Origin: Phoronis australis
Taxonomy: Eukaryota > Animalia > Phoronida
Direction of reading: 5' to 3'
NCBI GenBank assembly: GCA_002633005.1
Contig: NMRA01000066.1
Location: forward strand, 1 to 64,000
DNA length: 64,000 nt
Each line of letters begins with the position of its first letter. The first letter of the stretch is position 1. The notes under the pieces were generated by a model, which did not search any database, was not told the origin of the DNA, and saw nothing but the letters and a program-made list of their open reading frames with translations. Shown here piece after piece: positions 25,811 through 37,730 of the stretch. The position numbers and the translations under genes were made by a program.

Positions 25811-26726
25811 TTTTAGGCTGGGTGCGCGCAGTCAGTCTCAGTCTCTTAAAGCCTAACTTCAATGGAACTTTGTTACTTTAGATGTATTAGGCTAACCAGT
25901 TAGTCCTAGAAAAGCCTTAGTAAAATAAGAAAACGCTAGTTCAATCACGCAAGAGTAAGCCTATCAAACGATAGGTGAATCTGCCTTTTTGAGCCATGTT
26001 GCATCACCACGAGATCCTAGCACAAGCAACAAAAGGTTGTATTGAATAGGGGTCTGAATGGAACACCATTGCTTGCGGGTGTTTTTCGCAGCTGTTTGAA
26101 TTAAAGGTGATTCTCGCGGTGACGTAGACAAAAGCAAGCCAATACGCCTAACAGTTCGTTACATTTGGCAATTTATGGCACTAGTGGGCTCAGAGCGATG
26201 CTCTTAACATACAACACATCACTTCAAAAACCTTAATGGTAAAGCTTTTAATCCCCCTTGAAAACTGTAGACGTTTTAACACACGTTTTGTGGTAGAACC
26301 CTTCGTTTTACTACAGCCAGATATCAGTCTTAATAACTATGGATTGTATGTAATTCGTGCTGTATGTACTGCTTATGTGAAGTATTGCACTCTTGAGACC
26401 TGTAAGTACGCTCAAGTTGGCAGGTGTGAACCAATTAAATATGCATTTCCAAAATCATTGGAAACAATACAGCCTGTTCTTCAAATTTAACTTTCGAAAT
26501 TTAATTTATTTTTAATGCTGCCGACCTCAAGAAAAAATGCTCAGCACTCTTTTTAATACATTACATTTGGGCAAAAGCCTAAAACGTTCTAAATTAACTT
26601 GATTCATTTGAATTTGGTATTTACAACATTACCTGACCAGTGTTACAAGCGATTTTAAAGATGACATAGTATGTGGCTTTAAATTCACATCTTAAAAATA
26701 ACAAGCATAATCATATCTGCCGTTAA

Positions 26727-29700
26727 CTAAGATGCACTTTGTCCACACCACCAAAGTTTGACTGAGGATTCAGGCAGGCTGCTGTCCTCCGAGTCAGACT
26801 CGTCACTTTCTACAGAGGTCTTGAACTGTCTCTGACCTGAGGCAGTAGCAAGGATGGGAAAGTATGGATGGAAACTGAAAAGACAAGCATTAGATGACGA
26901 AAAGACCATAAGATGACGAACAACATTTTAAAACTTTACCAGGTCTAAATGCTCGCAATAATGAAAGGTTACGCTTGATAAGACTGCAATTTTACGTACA
27001 ATGTGAGAGATTTAAACTCCTGTTAGTGAATACTGTACACCTCTGTTACACTTATTTAACGTATATGTTTAACATGTTCAAAGTTTTATAAAGAATTTGT
27101 GAGCTTTATGTCGGCATGATCAAATTTTAGACTCGTTTTTTGGAACTGAAAAATGAAGTCATTGTTAACCAGGAAGTAAAGATTTAAATGACTGTTATCC
27201 CTACTTGCGTATGATTCACATGGAACCCTAGACATGTTTCACATGGGCGGCGGACCATAGGGGGCTGGGGGGCTATAGTCCTCCCGCTTTTTTCAGTGCT
27301 GCGCCGCCCATGTTTCAAAGCTAGTGTTCATTCCCATGACTCGTATCTCACTACTAAAGTGACACGATAGGTGAGAAATTTCTTTTCTTTAGATATGTCT
27401 TCAGGTGGATTCAAACTTAACACTTCAGCAGCTCCAGTTCAACAATTTTCTAAGAAAGCTAAAATCCACTCGTTAAATAATAAAGTATTTGAAGCGTATA
27501 TAACTGATCATCATCCACCTTAACTTCAGTTCATGACTGGTAGCCAATGGCGACAATTTGTAAACAAATCACAAAAAACAAAATGCATTTTGTTGTTTTA
27601 CAGCTCTGGTCAAAGCTAAAAACTTCAAGAAGTCTACACCATCCAACAACAATCTCGACAATGCCTTTGTCATACGTAAAACTGGTTATGTCCATTTAAA
27701 GAGACCGCAGTTCATACAGGTGTCTCATACTTTAAGACATTCCACGCTTACCTGGCTCCATTGACACAGTCTGTGTGGGCCCTGAATCTGTGTGCTGGAG
27801 TTAGAACAGAGTCGCCATCAGTGGTAGAAGGTTCACAGCATGAGTCCCACAAGTTAACCAATCCATCGTGACTACCACTCACGATATACTGACTATTTCT
27901 GGAAAAAAATTGTCAGGACTTTAATCAAAGTCGAAAACTTGTTACCGGAAATGTTGTTACAAAACAACACTTATGTACTCAATGACACAATAAAAAATAA
28001 TACATCACAAAATGAGAATAAAACACACCACAAAACAAAAATACAGCAAAATACAAGACACCAGAATCAGTGACAATCGGGAAAAATGAAATCAAATTAA
28101 CTTTTAACATGTAATGTAATTTAGAGCCAGTTATAATATACATAGTAATGTTCCAATGTCTGGAACTCTGTTTTTCAAAACTTAATTCAATGAAAACGTA
28201 TTGCCTAATGAAGAACTCAGACAAAATATTACTACAAACAGTGGGGTCTTGTAAACAGTAAACAATAGCTAAACAAGACATGGTGTCCCAGTTGACTATA
28301 CTATGCTGATAACGACTAAATCACAAAGCACATAATACTAAAGAAGAATGTAATCAGTGGCTCAGATCAATAGAGCAATTAGTGAAAAATGGGCTGCACA
28401 GCAGAGGAAGTTTAGAAGACTATTATGCTAAAATTTCACCAATTTGGGTAAAAAGTAATGGCCAAATTTGATCTATTTTCTTTCCAAAGGCTTCTAATAT
28501 TGTTGTGAACGCTCACAATTTTTCAATTCATTGACTGATTTTAGCTATGCCAGAGAACTCAACAAGAGCAAAGTGGAGCATTCAAATGCATCCTCAACTG
28601 TACTGCAAATGGTGTGCTACTAGGGGGTTAATTAGTATCATGAATATTGATGCTAGATGGCGCAGAATACGTCAAAAATGCTCTAAAATGATAAGGTGTC
28701 GTCGTCACTCTAATACTAAACTATTTGACAAATTTCATGAAAATCTGATAACGAGGCAAATGTAAAAAAACAAATTGTGAATAGAAAGACTGTTAGTCCA
28801 ATCGCCCGATCTGTTGTCAAGATGCTGAATTTTAAAAAAGATCTTCCAAGTGCTTTAGGCAATACAGCCACAGATGCGAAAGAAATGTCACAAGATGGAC
28901 CCATATGAAAATCCACATCAGTCGTGCTCTTGTTGGTAGGAACACATCTGCCAATTTTCATAATGATCCTCTGCATGGCTTAGCGATACAGAAGCAGACA
29001 GCAAAAAAGATTAAAAAATAAATAAAATGGTCATGTAGAATACGTCGAATCCATCCCAAAATGGAAAGGTGCTATGGCTTTCAAAATAGAAAATTGCTGG
29101 ACAAATTTCATGAAAATCCATCACAGAACTTTGGAGATACAGAGGCAAACTTCCAGTGGAGGGCACATCTGTAGTCAAGGGTCCTCCAAAAAGTTGTGGG
29201 CAGACGTTGTCACATTTACAGGAAAACAACAGCAAAATTCCACAAAGATCCTGCACAGGAATCAGAAACTACAGCCATGGACACAAAGACAAAATCCCCT
29301 AGGGGGCGCCACAGTAGTCAGAACTGTCCAAAAATCAACGTCAGACACAGTAGTCTAACCGGAAACACATCTGCCACTTTTTATAATGATCCTTCAAGCA
29401 GTTTGGTGGGTGCAGAAGTGGACGTCAAAAACCTTAAAAATTTTTAAAATGGGCACTAGATGGCAGACAATGCGTCAAATATGTCCGAAATGGGAAGGTG
29501 TCATCACCTCAATACCAGCAACCTATTAGACAAATTTCATGAAAATCCATCAAGTAGCTCCAAAGATGCTGAGGCAAATGTAAAAAACTAAAATTGCCAC
29601 TAGGGGCAGAGCGCTGGACAGATAGGTTTGAAATTTGTTGTCGTCTGACGTCCGCTTCATAGGAACACTGCTGCCATTTCATTAAGATACCTGCTTAGGT

Positions 29701-32700
29701 TCAGTAGACTCAGCAGCAGACGCTAAACTCCCAAATGCCCAGACAGAAACAACATGCACCCACATAAATATGAGGCAAAAAAAATATGAAGTATAAATTT
29801 GGTGCCACAAACATACCGACTGAGGTCAAAATACATCCTCTGATTGGTCACAACGTTTCGTTCCAAGACATAGAGAACTTTTCCAGGGTTCCTCAAATCC
29901 CAGCACAAAATCTCCGGGTCCTGAAAACGGAAAATCAAAGAATTCAAAGGACAATACCATATACAAACAGACCATAATCAATACTCATAAATGTCGTAGA
30001 CAGCAATATCCACCACCGCAGGTCCTGCAGCAGTTGTCAACAGAAGAGCATTTCACTAATTAATAGCAGGGAAGAAATTCAGGAAAATACCGTTAAATTG
30101 CAAAATGCTGATGATACGTGCTATCGCTCTTCATACGCACAATTTTGTAAAGTCTGGGGCACACAGGAAAGCATTTCCGCGCATGGATGTGCGAAAATCA
30201 AGAACAGGCCGAAATTCTGGAAAATACACTGAAATTGTAAAATGTCAGGGGAATGTGCTATAGCGATCTGTAAGACGTCTGCCATAACTATATCCATTTC
30301 CCAAGGGATAACAATTTGCCCGTTAACTAAAGCTTCTTTACGTGGCAATGGTAAAACCTAAATTTAATGAAAAAAAAATTGAAAAATAAAAAGTAATGGA
30401 TAACTGAAATAGCTTCTAACATTGTTTTGAAGGTTCACAGGTTCACAACCATGAACGTTTATTTGGTGTTACTTGCATTTTATGCAAAAATGAGAAAATG
30501 AAATTAAAGCTCTGCTGTTATGCGTAACAGTTGTTAACTGGAGAGATTTTATCTCAAGTGGTGTCAAGGCCTGTTGAACCATTGAAAATAGAAAAAGGAA
30601 AAACAGTACAATTGCTTGCTAACCAAGCATTGTTTCATGAAAAGGATAAAAGATGGCGCTCCCACATCACAATTGTCCAACAAAGGTTTCGTTAAGTCAT
30701 TATGAAGGCATCACGACCTACTAAATAGAAATTATCTCAGCAACCAGCAGTTATGCGTATATTCTCAGAGACTTTGCGCTTACTCAAGTGAGATTAAGTT
30801 ATTTTTCAGAAATATTTACGTGGAGCATAAGGCGAAAGTTGTGTCTCAAGTAGTCAGCCACTTTTCATGAAGCAGACCCCAGAACTACTGTCTGAAGATG
30901 CAGTAGTCACATATTAATGTTGCACTTACTCACTAGGTAGTGCTAATAAATAAGAGCTTCTCTTTTTAACAGCTGAATAGATTGAGAACTGAAAGAAATT
31001 GATCAGCACTGGGGGCATTATTAAGAAATACAGGTACCACACGACTATCTGAATGCATGCATTTCTATGAGAAGGACCACTGTAGCACTAATGCCAAACA
31101 GTGAATTTCCATTTACCCAATGCATGTACGAACAACATCAATGTTTCCCAAGGTGGCCATTCTCGGACATAAGAAATAATAGCTAAAGCAAACTTCTGAT
31201 TAAGACCACTTTCCGTTATAACATTGGTGTCAAATTGTTCCTTAATCAGATAAGGAATGATTTGCAGATTATGGAAGAGCTCAAAACCAAGTTCAACTTG
31301 TAGAGCCTGGTCTCAAACAGTAACGAACTGTCAGTCTTCCCGAGCCCAAGAATTGTCTCTAATCCAAGAAAGGAGTAAGCACCAGATTGATAGGGGGAAA
31401 GTGGTCTAAATCAAAAGTCAGTTTTCAGAGGAATAAACACTAACAAAAGTCACCAATACGGCATTCTGATGCTGTGTGCCACACAAAGCAGATAATTTAC
31501 ACATCACATTAATCTAGTCAGCCAACGGAGGGAAACTCAAACAAATCTCTGGCAAACCTTTCGTCCTCCACTGTAGAGCTTTGCTCCATCTGCAGAGTAC
31601 ATCAGGTGTGTCACGCCACCTATTTGTCCTTGCAGTAGAAACATCAGATTGGTGGTTCGTTCGTCATAAATGCCAACCGTTTTGGAGTACGAACCAGCCG
31701 CGTAGCTGTGCTGATCGGGAGACATAGTCATGCAAGAGATAATTCCTGATTGGCCAGTCTTTTCTGAAATGTCGAAACACAGGCATCATGCAGAGCAGAA
31801 GAGGTCCAGCGAGGCATTACAATGACAAGACGATAATCATAGAGCCTCAAATTAATTGATAATTTAAGTTAGTAAATCACCAGATAAACTAAATTTCTAA
31901 ACCACACTCTCTCATTCAATTGAATTCGAAATCACAGGCATGACATCATTACTTAAACAAAAATAATCTATTCTGTTTCAGACATGAAGCAACCTTCAGC
32001 AGAACCAGCTGAAGCTAAAATTGTGGTTTTAGGCTGACATCAAACCCCAAAACTAGTGTGAGATACAGCCCTTTGGAATCGCATTACAAGTCTTGTCTAC
32101 CACTCACTATATGTCTTCCTCTCTTCACATCTACGCCCTGGACTGGCTAGGTCAAACACTCTGATTACTTTGTTGAATCCACAGTACAGCTTGGATCCAC
32201 ACAAACTGAAGCACAAACTGTGTGGAGACACTAGCTCATCCTGAAATGAATAATGACTCCCATACAAAAGAGAACTAAAATTCTCATTCGGCCAAAAAGT
32301 GGTTTCAGTCTACCCTGCCTCCCAGCTAATTTTGATGCCAGCGCCTTGCTACAGAAAAAAAAACCCTGCCCACATCAATTTCAGCCAAAATCTCAAACTT
32401 TTTCTTTGAAAAGTTGTGCAAACGCATGCAAGCAAGGTATTAAACATCTCAATCCCCTGAAGACTGCTAGTCAATGACTCACAGTCTTATATTTTCAAGG
32501 ATGTGTTAGAGTAACACATATCAGAATGGCAGTTATCATTTGGGAAGTACACATCTGCAACTACTTTTTGAACAAAGTGACAGGAATTTACAAAAAATGT
32601 TACAAGACCGAGTGTTCTTAATTTTATTCTGCCAACAGTGTTCAACTACTATACTTTGAATTGAGTTACAGACCCACTAATTAAACCAGACAACGTCTGC

Positions 32701-35700
32701 TATTTATTATCTATCCGTTCAAATTGGAATCACTCAAATTAGTGGCAGTGGCTCCTCATGTTGGAGTAGTTTTATCATAATGTAATTCAGAACAATAACG
32801 CGCTGTATTAAAAAACTTTGTCTAGTACAAAGGGTTCCACTATAAAACAAGGAACAAAACAAATTGTTTTCAAAGGTGGTGCTACACAGGGCTTCAATAG
32901 CTTCCACAGCATTCAAAATGACCCAGTTTTATCAGACGTCCTTCAGATGCAGACACCAATCACGTTCACCTTTTTGCATTTCCTCCAACAATACCCAAAA
33001 TGACAGACAATAAGTTACATTAACACGGTGCCAAATGTGAATGTAACACCCACAATGCATCATTCTCATACACAAGAAGAACCATAACAGCTTGTTGACC
33101 TAAGAAGTCATTAGCTCAAAATGAGTCATGCTCAGATATCATTGAATAGGGAAATGAACTGACCATTTGAGAGTAGGAGAGGTATGAACAGCGGATGGTG
33201 GCTGAGAAGGCGTCCCACAGGTGAACTGGAGCATCTCGGCTACTACAGGCCAGGCTAGAAGATGAACAACACTGTGGCAATGACATTACCATTACGTAAT
33301 AGATGTGTCATTAATATCAAAACAGTAGCGGACACAATGGCAGTCAATTATAATGTATTTTAACACATATACAGAATATAATTATGGTAACTTTCCACTA
33401 ATTTTGCACACAATCAATTGAACACATTTTTCAGACAATCGCAGTGTGTGAAATATGCTGAATATACAGACTTTCTGGTTGATGTGTGTTGAAATTAACA
33501 AAGTTACCAAGCATTGCCAACTTCCTGTGTGTGCATTAAAAGCGGCCTATGAGTCGCCAAAGTGACCTAGTAAAGTTAATTGAATATAAACAGAAATTAT
33601 TAATCTTCATAGATACCTACGAAGATCACACCTATAGTAAAGCCTGAAAAGATCTCTGCCCCCACCAGGCTCGAAATCGGGACTTTCTGCTATCCGCGCA
33701 TTTCTATAATCAAGCGGTGGTCCCGATTGGAGCATTTGCACGATTAGCATAAAATTTCACATTCGATACCCAGTCGGTGCAGAAATCTTTTCAGACTTAA
33801 CTATAGATCACATGATACGACCAACATGGTGTAGATGTGAAGACTAATAACTTTTACTTAAACCATATCAAAGTTCTGATTGATGACACCACAATTATAA
33901 TACTAATTAAAATACAATGTAGAAGTATTTAACATTATTGTCGGTGAAACCCTCTATTGTGCAAATGCCCCTGGGTCACAAGGCACTCATCTAGGTCAAC
34001 TCTTTCACCTCACGTTTACAACAGCACAAGATATGCCACATGGATGGGTGAATGAAGTGGTGAATATACAGAGCTCAGACCTCATTAACATAGTTAGAAC
34101 AGTATGTATTTCTATGAATATCGGTAAGATCTTTGCTTGCAAAACTGATCATGGATGAAATATGTGAGGCAAGAAATTCTCACCATGAAGCCTCATGTGA
34201 AACAAGTGAGGGACAAATTATTAGATTTGTAAATAAGTTTGAGTGAGCAAAATTAGGTGAGTGTGCTGAAATAGTGGAAAACTACCATAATTGTTTTATA
34301 GGGTCCTGTATATGAACTGTTGAGCTGCGGTGTTTTCTGAGAAAAAATGTTGATTATTTAGAAAACTATTCCACACAAACAGCCCTTACCAACAGGTGTC
34401 AGGTTGTGACGAGGACATTAATGGATACCAGGCATAATCATAGATGAGTTCACCTTCACGCATTTGGAGAACAGGAGTCTGTAGGAGTTAAGCAGATAAT
34501 CAAAAACATTGAACAGGAAGAGAATAGCAAGTTCATTAAAACATTAATTTTCAGCACAATTCACCAAATAGCAAAATTTACTTGGATGACGTAATTAAAA
34601 AAAGCCGTGTGATGACGCAAGCGTTTGAACTGGATAAACGCTCAGTGCCACCTAAAGTTGATGTGATAGGAAAAAAGACCTTTGAAAAGCAGCGTAATTT
34701 TACAGCTTTTTAAAATCAGCTGCAACACTGCCATATTACAGCCAGAGTGTGTTATTGGAGAACAGAATTAACATTTCATCTGCAATAGAACAAACATTTC
34801 AGCAAAAAAGTACAGACCATTTGGTTATTTTCACAGGTGGCGCCACTATACAACTGTGCAGGAAGTTCGAACACTCTCAACGTTTTATCCTCACTGTTTG
34901 TCAGGAGGCAGGTGCCATCTGGTGACCTGTTAGAAGGTAAACAGGAATTAAAAATTGTAATACCGCAATCATATACCTGGAGACAATCGAAAAGTACAAT
35001 TACACTGGACGTTACGGATTGTACTGCCAACAACAATTGACTACAGACTACCCAGAACAGATACGACATGAAGAAACAAAAACAGCTGATAGCTCTAGTA
35101 TTCAATTTATGAATCAGTCTACTTGAAATTCAGGTTAATTTCTTTGAGATGAGACATTGAAAATGGCCAGGAAATTATGAAACTTTCAGATTTTAATGAA
35201 GGCTACATTTTTCCTCGTGTGTAATTTTAAAAATGTCTCTTTAAATGGAAAACTCGACGGTGTCACAACAAGAGATTGCGTGTCAATTACCAATTCCATG
35301 TACTTCACCTTACCATTTACAACCCTTGAAGAAGTTTTCACTGCTTTCTTGAATATCCACAGAAGACCAACCAACTTGTACTGGAGTTGAGAAATCGTAC
35401 CGAATCTCATAGTGATCGTGATTGTCAACATCGGTCAGATTGTTACTTCCTGCATGGCCACTGATTTCCTCACCAGACATATCAGTGTCGGCACTCTGTT
35501 CATTATTTCCGTCTCTAACCTCAGAGACAGCACTGGTACTTCCAGTTTTTATCAGCACACTGCTTTCATCCGCACACGCATTGGCAGTTGTGTCGCTGGT
35601 TTCACATAACCCATTAACAGTTGTGTTGACAATTTGGACATTATTTTCATCAACACACATTTTGAAGTCCACAACAGCGTCACCAGCATCAACATTGCTA

Positions 35701-36119
35701 GAATTAATCCACAAACCACTTGTACTACTCCAACTTGTGACAATTCCTAATGTTTCCTCATTCAAAACAGCGGCAGTAGCACTCATTGGCACTTGCATGA
35801 CACTTGCGCTAGCATTTTCATCGTTTGAGCAGTAAAAGTTGTCATGCTTAAATGCATTGTCGTTCGATACCACGTGCATCATGGCACCTTTGGAAATGGA
35901 CTCTCTACTTTGATCTGAAGAAATGTCATTTTTATTTGTTTTTATTGTGTTGGTTGGCTTTCCACTGTCTTTTAAACACAGGACTTGATTCCCTGTCAGC
36001 TGATCTTTTACGCCACAGATCAAATCCAAACTACCAGTAGCTGCAACAGAGGTAGTAGACTGCAGAGCTGTTGTTGGGTTGCTGCACATATTTAACTTGT
36101 CAGACTCTTCACACTCCAT
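26727..36119 (-). CDS. WRAP53: Telomerase Cajal body protein 1 (WRAP53/TCAB1/WDR79), WD40 protein, 9 coding exons, ~610 aa
   Basis: Minus-strand exons 36119-35314, 34926-34818, 34478-34390, 33254-33164, 32240-32108, 31763-31558, 29920-29817, 27898-27752, 26874-26727 (1833 nt, phases consistent). Motifs [122 protein letters not shown]. An acceptor 5 nt before the ATG implies a non-coding first exon. Confidence 0.96.
27242..27312. mobile_element. 71-bp MITE with 5-bp TSD (TTTCA)
   Basis: TIR CATGGGCGGCG...CGCCGCCCATG flanked by TTTCA on both sides; same family at 49335-49480. Confidence 0.8.
28560..29785 (+). mobile_element. Helentron-associated (HINE/DINE-like) non-autonomous element with about 3 diverged ~400-bp internal repeats, WRAP53 intron
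   Basis: Starts AACAAGAG; recurring blocks ACGTC..AAAATG..AGGTG..GACAAATTTCATGAAAATC..GAGGCAAA and GGAACACATCTGCCA..TTT.ATAATGATCC near 28650, 29040 and 29455; ends with a short palindrome-like stretch and an A-run. Confidence 0.5.
33597..33850. repeat. Head-to-head pair of tRNA-derived SINE-like units forming an imperfect palindrome
   Basis: Arms TTATTAATCTTCA..CTATAGTAAAGCCTGAAAAGATCTCTGCCCCCACCAGGCTCGAA versus TTCGATACCCAGTCGGTGCAGAAATCTTTTCAGACTTAACTATAG..TGAAGACTAATAA; each arm has a B-box-like TTCGA. Confidence 0.6.
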
Positions 36120-36229
36120 ACTTGCTAAAAATAAGTTCAAAATCAATGGAATTAAATCTTTAATATTTGGTTCTCACGAGTCGTAACACGAAAGATGTCA
36201 ACCAATTTCTTCTCAGTTCTCAATAATGT

Positions 36230-36400
36230 TGTCAACTTATTGCAGTATCATTGCACACTATAATAGCTATTTAGCCCAGTCCGGTGGAACTCAAGGTAAA
36301 ATTGTGGGACCCGACGGCATCACTGCGGCGAACTGCAGACTTTGCCCAAAAGACCAGACTGACTATCTAAGCTACATGGCCGGGAACGCTGAAGAAGAAT
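36230..36400 (+). mobile_element. 3' end of an I-group (Ingi/Nimb-like) LINE
   Basis: Reads PVELKVKLWDPTASLRRTADFAQKTRLTI* followed by a GCTGAAGAAGAA tail, like the KLWG..L..T..F...TGL termini of these elements. Confidence 0.45.
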
Positions 36401-36779
36401 ACCAACATGCCAAAGGCTAATTAGACACTGATTGTCTGGCACCAGTAGAGGTGGTAGTCATCCCACAGGCCTTCCATAAGCTGGATGCCTTTTGGTGAGT
36501 TATGCCTCTCACTTATTTAAACCATCCAAGTAATGTTGCTACGAGCACTTTTTGCAGATAGATGGACACTTTAGGGGGCTGTCGATGCTGGCATGACGGA
36601 ATACGACATCATATTCCCTGGCGCAAGCAATGTAAAAATGGCCAGCTGCTGATTTGGGCAACTGGAACGAGAACATTTCGAAAAAAGTTTGATTGCAGGA
36701 GCGTTTTGTTTGAACCAGGAAGAGTTAAAGGTAGGGAACACGTAGCCCCTAAGCTGGGTTTCTGTACTTTAATCTTAAC

Positions 36780-36880
36780 CAGGGCTCGACATTAACTTTT
36801 ATTTTAACTTGTCCAGTTGTACAAGTAGAAATGAAATTTACTTGTCCTGACCTATAAGACACTTGTCCAAAGATAATTAA
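36780..36880 (+). mobile_element. hAT-type transposon terminus
   Basis: CAGGGCTCGACATTAAC end followed by three subterminal ACTTGTCC repeats. Confidence 0.5.
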
Positions 36881-37523
36881 ACTCAAATTATACTTTTCAA
36901 ACATATGTGAATGTCGCACATCATACCTTTGAGTACAAGCTCAATAAACATGTGTAAGAGCATATATTATACGACATTTAAATTTTACACAAGTTTATTA
37001 ATTTTAAAGTGGGTATTTGGATTTGGATTTCACCAGTGAACACGCTACAAGTTTACCCTGGCTTTTCATTTCAGTTATATAATGTATTTTTATAAGCTGC
37101 TGAGAGAGTCGTCGACTGTTCATGACTTTTCAAAGATTCAGTCCTGAACACATCTGACCCAGACGCAACAGATGAACTGTTTGCGTCGGCATATTTTTCA
37201 CACGGGACACAACACATTTTACTTCTGGTTGCTATCAAACCGCATGGTAACCAGTCAAAATCTTTCTTTCATTTCGGAAGGAATTCTTGTTTTCGTTTAT
37301 TGGTTTCATACTGTTGCTTGGTGATTCCACGCCTTTTGGTTTGGTTACCAGTTGCAAGATCAGAACTCCTTGACTTGAAACCATACGCAAACTAACTACC
37401 GTACTCGTCCGCATTACCGCCCTGGGCGCTTAAATTGGGAATCTAAAAAACAAGGGATGGGCGGTAAGCCGAGCATGGGCGGTTAAAATCGAAATTTCGG
37501 AAAAGTCAGGAGTTGTTGCTTAC

Positions 37524-37730
37524 TGCACAGAGTACCGATTTCACCCCAACAGAGATACACTGACGTCGGACTTCAATCGTATCAGTTAAAATATAGGTCG
37601 GGGATTGAAGTAACGGACTTCGACGGCCTGCGCACACAATACAATGGCGTCGCTATCCTGAGCGTGATTGGGTTTTTACATACCTCGGTCGCTGCTGGTC
37701 ACCTCTTAGAACTAAGGTATTCCTACAGGT
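37524..37730. promoter_or_regulatory. Candidate WRAP53 promoter and non-coding first exon (possibly bidirectional)
   Basis: CpG-rich patch with TGCGCA (NRF1-like), AATGGCG (YY1-like) and TGACGTC; minus-strand donor GCA|GTAAGC at 37524/37523; plus-strand donor CAG|GTAGGC near 37728. Confidence 0.4.

Noticed and set aside
27400-27515. Possible intronic C/D snoRNA on the minus strand (ATGATGA...CTGA) in WRAP53
   Set aside because: No convincing terminal stem, C'/D' boxes or recognisable guide; the region looks more like a SINE relic.
33645-33790. tRNA gene
   Set aside because: Only T-arm-like halves are present; no full cloverleaf or anticodon arm.
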